Below, in pieces: positions 47,605 through 57,946 of a stretch of DNA of 64,000 nt. The notes below the pieces were generated by a model. That model saw nothing but the letters and a program-made list of their open reading frames with translations. It did no database searches and was not told the DNA's origin. The position numbers were made by a program, and so were the translations under genes. Within the stretch, counting starts at the first letter, position 1. Each line of letters starts with the position of its first letter. Source of the DNA: Capsulimonadaceae bacterium (GTDB taxonomy: Bacteria; Armatimonadota; Armatimonadia; Armatimonadales; Capsulimonadaceae); contig OZ244065.1 in NCBI GenBank assembly GCA_965215505.1, positions 5,856,001 through 5,920,000 on the forward strand, written 5' to 3'.

Positions 47605-48639
47605 ATGCCTACGACAAACACCTTCACCCGCACCGCCGATGGCGTCAACCCGAACCTCGTCCCCAAGATGCTCCTGCCAAGCGGCGTGACCGTCCCCGCC
47701 ATCGGGCTGGGCACCTTCGGGTCGGACAACTACACCACCGAACAGATCGCTGAGGCCGTCATCGGCGCGGCCTCCGTAGGCTACCGGCACTTCGACTGCG
47801 CCTCCGTCTACGGCAACGAGGACGCCGTGGGCCGCTCCCTCCAGACCATCCTACAGGGCGGTGTCCCGCGCGAAGATCTCTGGATCACCTCCAAGGTCTG
47901 GAACGACAAACACGGTCAGGTCATTGAGTCCTGCAAGCAGTCCCTCCAAGACTTGCAGCTTGACTACCTCGACCTCTACCTCGTCCACTGGCCCTTCCCG
48001 AACTTCCACGCCAAAGGTGTGGACGCCTCGGCCCGCGACCCGCACGCCAAACCCTACATCCACGATGACTACATGAAGACCTGGCAGCAGATGGAGCAGT
48101 TGATCGGCATGGGCCTGGTCAAGCACATCGGCACCTCCAACATGACAATCCCCAAACTGGAACTGCTCCTGCGCGACGCGGCGATCAAGCCCGCCGCAAA
48201 CGAGATGGAACTGCACCCGCATTTCCAGCAGCCGGACCTCTTCGACTTCGTGGTCGGCAATGGCATCCTGCCCATCGGCTACTCCCCCATCGGCTCGCCC
48301 TCCCGCCCCGAGCGCGACCGGACGCCCGAAGACACCGTGGACGTGGACGACCCCGTCATCCTCCGCATTGCCCAGCGGCTCAACGTCCACCCCGCCGTCG
48401 TCTGCGTCAAGTGGGGCGTCCAGCATGGCCACATCCCCATCCCCTTCTCGGTCAAGCGCGCGCAGTACCTCAGTACCTTGCAGGCCATCGTCGCCGAGCC
48501 TTTGACCTTGGAGGAGATGCAGGAGATCGCCGGCATTGACAAAAATAACCGCCTGATCAAAGGCCACGTCTTTTTGTGGAAAGACGGCCAGACGTGGGAG
48601 GACCTGTGGGACGTGACCGGCGAGATCACCCCGCCGTAG
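47605..48639 (+). CDS. Aldo/keto reductase
   Basis: IGLGT, GYRHFDCASVYGNE, ITSKVWN, DYLDLYLVHWP, IGTSN. Confidence 0.93.
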   Translation: MPTTNTFTRTADGVNPNLVPKMLLPSGVTVPAIGLGTFGSDNYTTEQIAEAVIGAASVGYRHFDCASVYGNEDAVGRSLQTILQGGVPREDLWITSKVWNDKHGQVIESCKQSLQDLQLDYLDLYLVHWPFPNFHAKGVDASARDPHAKPYIHDDYMKTWQQMEQLIGMGLVKHIGTSNMTIPKLELLLRDAAIKPAANEMELHPHFQQPDLFDFVVGNGILPIGYSPIGSPSRPERDRTPEDTVDVDDPVILRIAQRLNVHPAVVCVKWGVQHGHIPIPFSVKRAQYLSTLQAIVAEPLTLEEMQEIAGIDKNNRLIKGHVFLWKDGQTWEDLWDVTGEITPP

Positions 48640-48694
48640 CGACCGCTTATGCGGTACAATGACAGCACGCCGCATCATCCCTGGAGGCCATATC

Positions 48695-49336
48695 ATGGCA
48701 CTGCCCGCGCTCTACGCCAAAGAACCGCTGCTAAACAAAGACTGGTATACGGAGGACGAATACTTCGCCCTTGAAGACCGCTCCCCCCACCGCTGGGAGT
48801 TCCTGCCTGATGACCCGCCGAACCCAAACGGGCCGCGCCTGGGCCGCATCCGCGCCATGAGTGGGGGCAGCCCGAAGTATAGCGCCCTCGCCATGCGTCT
48901 GGGCCGAAGGCTGGGTAATGCGCTCGAAAGCGCAGGAAACGAAATGTGTGAAGTCTATGGCTCGGACCTAAAGGTCCGCACCGTTGACGAACGCACGACA
49001 TACCCAGACGTCAGCATCGTGTGCGGCGCACTTATCTACCACCCCGGACGGCGTGATACGGTGACTAACCCCATCCTGGTCGCTGAAGTGTTCTCCCCCT
49101 CAACTGAGGGCGATGACCGCAACAAGAAACGCGCGAATTATCAGACAATCCCGACCTTGCAGCATTACCTGCTGCTCACTGCAAACCGGCCGCGCGTCGA
49201 GCTGTACACGCGCGAGGAGGCCGGCTGGCGTTTCGAGGCATGGGAGGACCGGGACGCCCTAATCCCTTTGCCCGCACTTAACCTGACGCTGACACTCGCC
49301 GAGCTATATAAAAGCGCAGACTTCGGGGCCGGTTGA
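48695..49336 (+). CDS. Uma2 family endonuclease
   Basis: AMSGGS, SDLKV, YPDVSIVC, AEVFSPSTE, YQTIPTLQHYLL. Confidence 0.9.
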   Translation: MALPALYAKEPLLNKDWYTEDEYFALEDRSPHRWEFLPDDPPNPNGPRLGRIRAMSGGSPKYSALAMRLGRRLGNALESAGNEMCEVYGSDLKVRTVDERTTYPDVSIVCGALIYHPGRRDTVTNPILVAEVFSPSTEGDDRNKKRANYQTIPTLQHYLLLTANRPRVELYTREEAGWRFEAWEDRDALIPLPALNLTLTLAELYKSADFGAG

Positions 49337-49379
49337 TCTGAGCGCGCACCAATGCCTCAAGCCCTTCAAAGCAGAACCG

Positions 49380-49604
49380 ATGCAAGTTCAAGAACACAAA
49401 GGCCGTGTCAGTATCAACGGCCATAAGCTCATCGGCCACATCACCGACACACCCTGTCCCCGGTGTGGGGAGAAGCTAGTGTACGCCGACAAGTATGATG
49501 CTAATTTTTGCCCCGCTGAGAACATCTGGACTGACGAGAAGTGTGGCGACGTTGCCTGCGCCCAATGTCGCCGGAGGCCGGACAAGCCACTTGCCGAAGC
49601 ATAG
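49380..49604 (+). CDS. Small Cys-rich (zinc-finger-like) hypothetical protein
   Basis: CPRC...KYDANFCP..N.W....CGD..C..C. Confidence 0.65.
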   Translation: MQVQEHKGRVSINGHKLIGHITDTPCPRCGEKLVYADKYDANFCPAENIWTDEKCGDVACAQCRRRPDKPLAEA

Positions 49605-49613
49605 GAGTAACGA

Positions 49614-49889
49614 ATGACCATCACGATTGACCTACCGGAAGACACCGCCGCAATCTTGAATGAGCGGGCGCGGGTTGAGGGACGGCCTATCGCCGAACTC
49701 GCAACGGAGGCGGTCACGGATCGCTATAGTGCCTTCGATGAAGAAGACTTTCTGTTGGATGATGATGCAGTGGTGAAAATCTGGCGAGGTTTAGCGGAAG
49801 TGGATGCTGGTCAGGTTGCGTCTTTGGAAGAGGCACTGGCTAACTTCAAGGCTTCGTTTTCCATGTGCTACAGAAACGGTAACGCATGA
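49614..49889 (+). CDS. Putative RHH-type antitoxin (no toxin follows)
   Basis: MTITIDLPE..., KIWRGLAEVDAGQVASLEE; GGAG RBS. Confidence 0.65.
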   Translation: MTITIDLPEDTAAILNERARVEGRPIAELATEAVTDRYSAFDEEDFLLDDDAVVKIWRGLAEVDAGQVASLEEALANFKASFSMCYRNGNA

Positions 49890-49909
49890 GCAGGATAAGC
49901 CGAATGGGA

Positions 49910-49933
49910 AGGGAGGGACAAGCCCTCCCCTAC
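49910..49933. repeat. GTAG-type REP palindrome (minus orientation)
   Basis: agggagggacaagccctcccctac. Confidence 0.7.
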
Positions 49934-50024
49934 ATCTCCGCGACTTTTGCCCGCGAAGGCGGGGAGTTGCACTTCTAAAGCCCAGGGGTTCAGCCCTGGG
50001 TCCCGGCCACTAGGGAAACAAACC

Positions 50025-51101
50025 ATGACAGTTTTGCAAGAACGAACCCCCCAACCCCGCACCATGCAGGGCGTCGTCCTGCCCGGAAACAGCACCGTCG
50101 CGTTCCGGGAGCAGCCCATCCCCGTGCCGGGGCATGGGCAGGTGCTGGTCCAGATGAAGGCGTCTTCCATCTGCGGCAGCGACATCCGCGCCATCTACCG
50201 GGAACACCTGGGGGTGGGGGATGAGGCCTACCGGAACGTACTGGCCGGGCATGAGCCGTGCGGCCAGATCGCCGAGGTCGGGCCGGGCTGCAAGCGGTTC
50301 AAGGCCGGCGACCGAGTCGTGCTGTACCATATCAGCGGGTGCGGCGTCTGCGAGGACTGCAAGGCCGGCTATATGATCTCCTGCCATTCCTCGTTCCGGG
50401 CCGCCTACGGCTGGCAGCGGGACGGTGGCCACGCGCCGTTCCTGCTGGCCGAGGAAAACACCTGCATCGCGCTCCCCGACAACCTGACCTATGTGGACGG
50501 TGCCCTGGTCGCCTGCGGCTTCGGCACGGCCTGGGAGGCCCTGACGCGCATCAACGTCGGCGGGCGCGACCGGCTGCTGGTGACCGGTTTGGGGCCGGTG
50601 GGGCTGGCGGCTGCCATGCTCGGCAAGGCTTTAGGCGCGTCCCAGGTGATTGGCGTGGACACGAGCCAGGGCCGGATTGACCTGGCGCTGGAACTTGGCC
50701 TGGTGGATGAGGCTTTTCTGAGCGACGCCGGGGCCTTGGACAAGATCAAGGCCGTGACGGGTGGCAAGGGGTGCGAGACGAGCATAGACTGTTCGGGGGC
50801 TGCGCCCGCCCGCAAGCTGGCCCTGCAAGGGACGCGCCAGTGGGGACGGTGCGTATTTGTCGGCGAGGGTGGGAGCGTAAACTTCGACGTGTCGCCGTAC
50901 TTGATCCACCCGCAGATCACCCTGTACGGGTCCTGGGTGACATCACTCAATCATATGGAGGACCTGGTGGAGCGCCTGTCGCGGTGGGACCTGCACCCGG
51001 AAAAGACCGTCACACACCGGTTCAAGCTGGAAGAGGCCGCCGAGGCGTATGACGTGGCCGACAAGGGCCAGTCGGGGAAGGTCGTGATCGTCTTTGACTG
51101 A
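50025..51101 (+). CDS. Zinc-binding alcohol dehydrogenase
   Basis: [20 protein letters not shown]...SC, GLGPVG. Confidence 0.92.
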   Translation: MTVLQERTPQPRTMQGVVLPGNSTVAFREQPIPVPGHGQVLVQMKASSICGSDIRAIYREHLGVGDEAYRNVLAGHEPCGQIAEVGPGCKRFKAGDRVVLYHISGCGVCEDCKAGYMISCHSSFRAAYGWQRDGGHAPFLLAEENTCIALPDNLTYVDGALVACGFGTAWEALTRINVGGRDRLLVTGLGPVGLAAAMLGKALGASQVIGVDTSQGRIDLALELGLVDEAFLSDAGALDKIKAVTGGKGCETSIDCSGAAPARKLALQGTRQWGRCVFVGEGGSVNFDVSPYLIHPQITLYGSWVTSLNHMEDLVERLSRWDLHPEKTVTHRFKLEEAAEAYDVADKGQSGKVVIVFD

Positions 51102-53097
51102 CCTGAACTTCTTAAGCTCTCTGGCGGAAAACATCACTGTGGAGGCTGACCCGACGGGCGTCGGCGTCTTCCTGCGCTTCACGGCCTCCGAGGCTGGCGC
51201 GCGCCACGTCTTCCCCGTCGGCACGGTGACGGGCATGAGCCGCTTCACCTGCTGCGCCCGCTATGAGCCGTTCTGGATGAAGCCGCACGCCGGGATGCGG
51301 GCGGGCCAGGTGCCTGTCGAGACCCAATACCTACTCACCGAGCAGGAGGACGGCTCCTGCGTCCTGTACGTCCCACTGATTGACGGCGCGTCCCGGGCCA
51401 GCCTGCAAGGGGCGGGCGAGGACGGCCTGGAGATCGTCGCCGAGTCGGGCGACCCGGCGACGGTCACGGACCAGATCGTCGGGCTTTTTGTCGCCGCCGG
51501 GGCTGACCCCTACGCCCTCTTGGAGCAGGCCGCGCGCAGCGTGATGACGCACCTCGGGACGGGTAGGCTGCGGGCGGAGAAGCCGCTGCCCGCCTTCGCG
51601 GACGAGTTCGGCTGGTGTACCTGGGATGCCTTCTATGGCGAGGTTTCGCACGACAAGGTGCGGCAAGGGCTGGAAAGCTTCCGCGCCGGCGGCCTGTTCC
51701 CGCGCTATTTGATCCTGGACGACGGCTGGCAGAGCGTCCAGAAGATGCCCACGGGCGAGACGCGGCTGACGGCATTTAGAGCTAATGAGAAGTTCCCCGG
51801 CGATCTCGCCCCGACCGTGCGGATGGCGAAGGGCGAGTTTGGCGTCGAGACGTTCCTCGTCTGGCACGCTCTCAACGGCTACTGGGGCGGCGTGGACGAC
51901 GCCGCCCTGCCGGGCTATGACGCCCGCCCGATGCGCCGCGACCACTCGCCCGGCATCCTGAAGTTTGAACCCGGCTGGACCACGAGCCTCAACGAGTACT
52001 TCGGCGGGTTCGTGAGCGTCGTCCCGCCCCGCCACATCGCCCGGTTCTTCCAGGACTACCACCGGCACCTGCGCGCGCAGGGGGTGGACGGCGTGAAGGT
52101 GGACAACCAGGCCAGTCTGGAGGCCGTCGCGGCGGGCCTCGGCGGGCGCGTCACCCTCATGCAGCGCTACCATGAGGCTCTGGAAGGGGCGGCGCAGACC
52201 CACTTCGGCGGCACCCTCATCAACTGCATGTCCTGTGCCAATGAGATGTTCTACAGCGCCCCGGCTTCTACGCTGACCCGCACCTCGACCGACTTCTGGC
52301 CCAACGACCCGGCCTCGCACGGCCTGCACCTCTATACGAATGCCCAGGTCGGCGCTTGGTTCGGCGAGTTCGTCCACCCCGACTGGGACATGTTCCAGTC
52401 CGGGCACCCGATGGGGGCCTACCACGCCGCCGGCCGCGCCGTCAGCGGCGCACCCGTCTACGTCTCGGACAAGCCCGACGCCCACGACTTCACCCTGCTG
52501 CGTAAGCTGGTGCTGGCTGACGGCTCGGTCGCCCGCGCCGACCTGCCCGGCCGGCCCACGCGGGACTGCCTGTTCCACGACCCGACCCGCGAGGACGTCC
52601 TCCTGAAAATCTTCAGCCGCAACGGGAATGGCGGGGTCGTCGGCGTCTTCAACGCTCGGTATGATGCCGAGAACGCCCTGCCGCCCATCGCCGGTGTCGT
52701 CCGCCCCGCCGATGTGGAAGGGCTGGTCGGGGAACGATTCGCCGTCTACGAACACTCGACGGGCGAAGTCCGCGTCCTGGGCCGCGAAGACACTTGGGAT
52801 GTCGCCCTGCCGCCCCTGACGGCCGAAGTCTTTACCATCGTTCCCCTCACCGACGGGCTGGCACCCCTCGGCTTGGCCGACAAGTTCAACAGCGGCGGAA
52901 CCATCGCCTCGGTCGCCCGGCCTGACGGCGTCTGCGACGTGGTCCTGCGCGACGGCGGCCCCTTCATCGCCTGGTCGGAGCATGAGCCGGCCGAGGTGTC
53001 TATGGAAGGTGCCGCCCTGCCGTTCACCTATGATTCCGCCTCCCGTCTGCTGTCCGTCACCGTCCCGAGCGCCGGGCCGCTCCGCCTCCGCCCGTAG
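51094..53097 (+). CDS. Sip1/raffinose synthase-type alpha-galactosidase (GH36)
   Basis: [52 protein letters not shown]. Confidence 0.9.
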   Translation: MTDLNFLSSLAENITVEADPTGVGVFLRFTASEAGARHVFPVGTVTGMSRFTCCARYEPFWMKPHAGMRAGQVPVETQYLLTEQEDGSCVLYVPLIDGASRASLQGAGEDGLEIVAESGDPATVTDQIVGLFVAAGADPYALLEQAARSVMTHLGTGRLRAEKPLPAFADEFGWCTWDAFYGEVSHDKVRQGLESFRAGGLFPRYLILDDGWQSVQKMPTGETRLTAFRANEKFPGDLAPTVRMAKGEFGVETFLVWHALNGYWGGVDDAALPGYDARPMRRDHSPGILKFEPGWTTSLNEYFGGFVSVVPPRHIARFFQDYHRHLRAQGVDGVKVDNQASLEAVAAGLGGRVTLMQRYHEALEGAAQTHFGGTLINCMSCANEMFYSAPASTLTRTSTDFWPNDPASHGLHLYTNAQVGAWFGEFVHPDWDMFQSGHPMGAYHAAGRAVSGAPVYVSDKPDAHDFTLLRKLVLADGSVARADLPGRPTRDCLFHDPTREDVLLKIFSRNGNGGVVGVFNARYDAENALPPIAGVVRPADVEGLVGERFAVYEHSTGEVRVLGREDTWDVALPPLTAEVFTIVPLTDGLAPLGLADKFNSGGTIASVARPDGVCDVVLRDGGPFIAWSEHEPAEVSMEGAALPFTYDSASRLLSVTVPSAGPLRLRP

Positions 53098-53131
53098 CGG
53101 GCCAAGAAGAGTCCAAAAGGAGACAATCGCC

Positions 53132-54040
53132 ATGTCCATGCTGGGAAGGCTGTTCGGGTTCGGCCGGAATGAACACTATGACCGGGGCATCCGCCTCTTC
53201 GACCAGGGCCTTTATGAAGACGCCATCGGCGAACTCAGCCAGGCCCCCCAGAACAGCCCCGACGAGCTGACCGACCGGCTGGCGTCGTTCTACATCGCCG
53301 AGGCTTACTCCAAGCTGGGCCTGGCCGCGCTCGAATCGCAGAGGTACGTCCAGGCCCAGGACGCTCTGGGCAAGGCGCTGGAGATCAACCCGCACTACGC
53401 CGACCTCCACTACCAGTACGGGCGGGCGGCGCGCGGGGCGGGCGTCACCCGCCTCGCCCTCGCCGCCTTCGAGTCCGCGCTTACCATCAACCCGCGCTAC
53501 GCGAAGGCGCTCTTCCTCTGCGGCCTGACCCGGTACGAGGCGGGCCTGCCCGATGCCGGCCTGGCCTCGATCCAGGAAGCCGCCGCTCTTGACCCTGGTT
53601 TCCACGCCCCCCACTTCGAGGAAGCCGTGGCCGCCCACCAGGCCGGCGACTACGCCACGGCCCAGGCGCTCTTCGCCCGCATCGCCGAGACCGACGTGGA
53701 CGACATCATGTTCCACTCCCGCCTCGGTGCCGACCTCTACCGGCGCGGCATGTACGCCGAGGCCGTCTCCGAGTTCCAGAAGGCGCTCGCCCTCAACCCC
53801 GACTACGCCGACATCCACAACCATCTGGGCATCACCTTCAACGCCCAGGGGCTGTACCCGGAGGCCGTCGAGTCCTTCCGTGCCGCCCTCGCCCTCAACC
53901 CCAAATACACCGAGGCCCGCACTAACCTTGCCCTAACTCTGCGCGCAGCGGGCCGCCCCGACGAGGCCTCTAACGAGTTCGCCCGCGTCCTGGAAGACGA
54001 CCCCGGCAACGCCCTTGCGCGCGGGGAAGTCGTGCGATAG
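53132..54040 (+). CDS. Tetratricopeptide repeat protein
   Basis: INPHYADLHY, LNPDYADIHNHLG, LNPKYTEARTNLA. Confidence 0.88.
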   Translation: MSMLGRLFGFGRNEHYDRGIRLFDQGLYEDAIGELSQAPQNSPDELTDRLASFYIAEAYSKLGLAALESQRYVQAQDALGKALEINPHYADLHYQYGRAARGAGVTRLALAAFESALTINPRYAKALFLCGLTRYEAGLPDAGLASIQEAAALDPGFHAPHFEEAVAAHQAGDYATAQALFARIAETDVDDIMFHSRLGADLYRRGMYAEAVSEFQKALALNPDYADIHNHLGITFNAQGLYPEAVESFRAALALNPKYTEARTNLALTLRAAGRPDEASNEFARVLEDDPGNALARGEVVR

Positions 54041-54082
54041 GTGAGGCTCAAACGATTAGACGAACGGAGGCGGGAATAAATA

Positions 54083-54649
54083 ATGAGTGAACCGGATTGG
54101 GAACAAATCTGGAAAGTCGAGCGCGACATCTGCTTTCTGTACCACGAACTTTCCGAATATCCCGGCATCGAGGGTGATTTAGCTTATGGCCTTATATACA
54201 CGCTGCCCTATTGGGACTTCCTGAACTTGAGTGTTCGGCGGATGCCTGATGAGGAGCGTTGCTTCATCCGTGACGGTTGTTTGGTGATGCTTCTTGCGAT
54301 GGCTTGGGATGTGCTTGACGGTTCAGGCTCTTATTTGCTAAATCATCTCGGTTTTTGCCAGCAAGCTGTTGAGTCAGTCGAGGTAAACAACGAGAAGACG
54401 GAACAACTCGTCCAGACCGTCAAAACGGCGCTCAAAGCAGTAGAGATGGATAGCCAAGGAAATGGGCGGCTAGAAGGGCCGCCGCTTCGGCATCTCATAG
54501 ACCTTTCGGTTTGGGTGAACCGGGAATACGTCGGTGGCTACTTCAAGCAAAAAACCAATGAAATGGCGGACCAAGGGGACCGCAGCCTATTCGAGCAGGC
54601 CATGACTAAAGTCAGTGACGCTCCGCCGGACGAACAGGACCAGTTGTAA
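54083..54649 (+). CDS. Hypothetical protein (lower GC)
   Basis: 188-aa ORF with a purine-rich RBS region. Confidence 0.65.
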   Translation: MSEPDWEQIWKVERDICFLYHELSEYPGIEGDLAYGLIYTLPYWDFLNLSVRRMPDEERCFIRDGCLVMLLAMAWDVLDGSGSYLLNHLGFCQQAVESVEVNNEKTEQLVQTVKTALKAVEMDSQGNGRLEGPPLRHLIDLSVWVNREYVGGYFKQKTNEMADQGDRSLFEQAMTKVSDAPPDEQDQL

Positions 54650-54764
54650 GATTGCCGTAATGCCTTGGCACGGGGAGGTCGCACGGTGAAGATTTACCCC
54701 ATTTGGGTTACGTCCTGATTGTGCGACGTAGCGCCGAGCCAGGTAGCTGACCAAGGTTAAGTCT

Positions 54765-55157
54765 ATGCGGAAGGTGTTTCATTCCAGACGCACAACCATC
54801 AGATCCAAAGGAGCATTGTCACGGGCTAGGAGCCGTCAGAGCAGCCAGCGGTACGTCACAAAGCGAGGCCACCATTATCGGGCTATCTGGGATGCAGAAC
54901 GATACCGCCCGCCAATAGTCACTTCACCTCTTATGTTGAGGTCTGCACAGTCGCAGAAAGGGCACCCCATCGCTACGGCTCTCTGGTTCAATGAAGTCGC
55001 CGGGCGAATCATCGCCCTCGCCATCGGGGCCTACATCGCTGATGACGTATTTCATCTCCGAGGCTACCTTCTGGCCGCCGTTTGGATTCTGATCTGTCTA
55101 CCCAGATTGTTTCGGGCTTACAAGTGGATTAGAACCCGTAAAAGCCAGCTCCGATAG
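54765..55157 (+). CDS. Possible hypothetical membrane protein
   Basis: Basic N-terminus, two hydrophobic C-terminal segments; weak RBS. Confidence 0.4.
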   Translation: MRKVFHSRRTTIRSKGALSRARSRQSSQRYVTKRGHHYRAIWDAERYRPPIVTSPLMLRSAQSQKGHPIATALWFNEVAGRIIALAIGAYIADDVFHLRGYLLAAVWILICLPRLFRAYKWIRTRKSQLR

Positions 55158-55254
55158 CTAAAGCGGTACTGGCTTCGTGCCATGAAGATGTGAGGCGATA
55201 ACACTCTGAGACGAGGGAGTGATCAAAATCACTCGCCCCCCTTTGCTTCTCGCC

Positions 55255-56346
55255 TTAGTCCAGCGCCACCGCCTGATACTCGTTCTCGCACGGCACGCCG
55301 TCGGTCAGCCGCAGCGTCTTGGCGGTCAGGTCCATGATGACCGAGGTGACGGTGATGTAATGGTGTTCCGGCGGCTCCAGCCCCTCGGCGGCGTGGCGGC
55401 AGACGCCATAGGGGTAACGGAGGTGGTCGCGCAGGCCGTCCTCGATGTCCGAAACGGAGACTTTTTCGTGCGCCCCCAGCAGCTCGCCCAGGCGTGAACG
55501 GCGGCCGATGGAGAAGACACGCTTGGGATTCGGCGGCTCGGCGACGCCGATCTCGGCGGGGTCGGTGAAGTTGTTGGTGTGGGTCAGCCGCCCCCGCTCG
55601 CAGGCCAGCAGCCGCAGTTTGTCCGGGGCGGCCTCGATGTCCACCACCTTGTCGGGGGTTTGGGCGATCAGGAAGTTTGTGGAGCAGGCGCGGTCTTCGC
55701 CCGTCACGACCGCCACGGCAGCCTCGAAGTCGCGGGCGCGCATGATCTCGTAGCAGCGGACGTGGAAGGGCTTCGCCAGCGTGGACCAGTCATCGTCGGT
55801 GCTGGTCATGCCGTTAATCGCCAGTCCGATGCCCGCGCTGTTCAGGCCGATCTTGCCGCCGACGATCCCGGCCTCGGTGAAGGCCAGCGTTTCCATGCCG
55901 TCCGGGTCGGTCGTGTGCAGGACGGCCCCCTGCACCTGCGGAATCCAGTCCCAGTTCTGGCCGACCAGCAGGTGCCCGTTGGCCGACGCTTCCGGCAGGA
56001 CGGCGAAGGCGGTGCAGCCGTCCACGTCCTCGCTCTGGGCGTTCTTGCCGAACTGGTAGTACAGAATCTCGTAGCGCACCTGCAAGGCGGCGATGTCGTC
56101 CGGCGCGAAACCTGAGCCGTCGGACACGCCCCGCATCCCCTCGAAGTAGTCCGCATTCTGCCGCTCGATCGCCCTCGCATAGCGCCGCGCCCGGTCCAGG
56201 ACCTCGGGGCGGGCCAGCCCCGTCTCCCGCTCGAAGCGGGCGAAATAGACCTCTAAGTTATGGGCGATCTGGCCTTTCAGAGCCTGCCCGTGCTGGACGC
56301 CCTGCTCATACGCCGTCCCCGTCAGATGCACGACCGGTAATGTCAT
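55255..56346 (-). CDS. Peptidase C45 family (Ntn hydrolase)
   Basis: G..HG..L, DGCTAF, GQNWDW, GLNSAG, HTNNF. Confidence 0.88.
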   Translation of the reverse strand: MTLPVVHLTGTAYEQGVQHGQALKGQIAHNLEVYFARFERETGLARPEVLDRARRYARAIERQNADYFEGMRGVSDGSGFAPDDIAALQVRYEILYYQFGKNAQSEDVDGCTAFAVLPEASANGHLLVGQNWDWIPQVQGAVLHTTDPDGMETLAFTEAGIVGGKIGLNSAGIGLAINGMTSTDDDWSTLAKPFHVRCYEIMRARDFEAAVAVVTGEDRACSTNFLIAQTPDKVVDIEAAPDKLRLLACERGRLTHTNNFTDPAEIGVAEPPNPKRVFSIGRRSRLGELLGAHEKVSVSDIEDGLRDHLRYPYGVCRHAAEGLEPPEHHYITVTSVIMDLTAKTLRLTDGVPCENEYQAVALD

Positions 56347-57296
56347 TCGCTTTCCTCTTTCAGCACCTTCACCATGTCAAGCCACGCGGGCTGCCGGACG
56401 AAGCCCAGCCGCTCGTTGATGCCGAGCATCCCCCGGTTGTTCGCCTCGTTCCAGGTCTTGATCGAAGGATACCCGTTTTCCTTCGCCCAGGCGATGTTCC
56501 TCACCTTCAAAGCCAGCGCGATCCCCTGCCGCCGGTACTCACGTTTCACGCCGGTCAGCCCCGTCGTCAGGCCGCTCTCGCTCCGACTCGACCTCAGCGC
56601 CGTCACGCCGACGTACTCCCCGTCTTTGAGGGCTAACAGATAAGCGTCGCGGATCAGGCCGGGGTTCTTGAGGAACGCCGAGAGCCAGACGCTCTTCTCC
56701 AAATCTGTGCGCGGCTCGGAAGAGGGCACGTCCGCCCGCAGGTCCTGCGTCATCTCGTAATGCTTCTGCCAATGCCCCGGCAGATTTTCCAGTTCCCGTA
56801 GCGTCTTGAACTCGACCCCGAATGCCCGCACCCGCGCTTCGGCATTCACATACGGGGCCGGGTCGAAGGCGGTCACATCCAGCCGTGACTCATAGGAGCG
56901 CATGTCTTCGGCGAAGCCCCGGTCTTGCAGGAACCGGAGGCTCCGCGCGCCGTCCTCCCGGATCTCAACGCGGACGGAGAGCGGATCGAGCGGTGCCAGC
57001 GCGGACATCACCTGCTCATACAAGGCTCTGCCCAGCCCCCGCCCCTGCCACTCCGGCTCGACGATGACGTTGATACGGAACCGGCGCGGGTGGTAGGAGC
57101 CGGACCGCTGGCCGTACTCGCCGTAGCCGACTGCCCGGCCCTCCCGCTCGATGAGCCAGCGCCCGTGGCGGCACTTGGCGTCCCGGCGCGCGTCGCCGAA
57201 CTCTTTTTCTTCGGCGGACACAGGATATTCGGGGGACGCCGCGCTGGCGATGCGCGCGAGGGTGGGGTAGTCTTCGGGTGTGAACGGGCGGATCAA
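56343..57296 (-). CDS. Tandem GNAT N-acetyltransferase
   Basis: VEPEWQGRGLG and TGVKREYRRQGIA, NRGMLGINERLGF. Confidence 0.9.
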   Translation of the reverse strand: MIRPFTPEDYPTLARIASAASPEYPVSAEEKEFGDARRDAKCRHGRWLIEREGRAVGYGEYGQRSGSYHPRRFRINVIVEPEWQGRGLGRALYEQVMSALAPLDPLSVRVEIREDGARSLRFLQDRGFAEDMRSYESRLDVTAFDPAPYVNAEARVRAFGVEFKTLRELENLPGHWQKHYEMTQDLRADVPSSEPRTDLEKSVWLSAFLKNPGLIRDAYLLALKDGEYVGVTALRSSRSESGLTTGLTGVKREYRRQGIALALKVRNIAWAKENGYPSIKTWNEANNRGMLGINERLGFVRQPAWLDMVKVLKEESE

Positions 57297-57395
57297 AGCG
57301 ATAGCGCCTCCTCAAGTCTGTGGTCTGTCTGCGCTGCTGTTCGAGATGCTGCCGGTGAATCCCTGCCGGACACGGCGGCAGGAAGCGCGACGGCG

Positions 57396-57860
57396 CTACT
57401 GGGCATCCACACTTGCCTCCCGCCTCAGCACGACCCGCTGATGCCCGTCGGACCGCGTCAGCGTCAGCGTGTCGCCTTGCAACTGATAAGTGAACATCGT
57501 CTCCATCGGGCCGGCGAGTACGACTGTCTTCTGTTCCCCGCCGAGGGCGATGGTCCGGATCGTCGTCCGCTCGGTCAGGACGCCGCCCTCGGCCACCCAC
57601 GTCCCCTCCGCCGTCATCGCGCCCTGCGGCAGCGTGAGCGTCACCGACTGTGTGCCGTCGGCCCGCATCTCCCAAATCGACGGCACGGCGGCATTGCCCC
57701 CCGCCATCGCCCCGCGCCAGCGGCCGACGAGCGGCTGTGCGGCGGCAAGCGACTGTAGGGGAGGGAGAGGCACCGCGCAGCCGGCGGGCAGGAGGCCGAG
57801 GAGCGCGAGCGCGAGGGCGGCACGGCGGCTGATGGATCGCGGAAGGGGCAGAAATCTCAT
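57396..57860 (-). CDS. Putative lipoprotein
   Basis: Signal ending in lipobox-like LPAGC; LVGRW motif and beta-rich body. Confidence 0.6.
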   Translation of the reverse strand: MRFLPLPRSISRRAALALALLGLLPAGCAVPLPPLQSLAAAQPLVGRWRGAMAGGNAAVPSIWEMRADGTQSVTLTLPQGAMTAEGTWVAEGGVLTERTTIRTIALGGEQKTVVLAGPMETMFTYQLQGDTLTLTRSDGHQRVVLRREASVDAQ

Positions 57861-57946
57861 GTTCGCCCGCTTGTTCGGCGTCGGGGGAGTATTTTCCTGC
57901 ATGATCGCCGCGATTCGGGGTATAACCACGGCGACAGGAGGACCGT

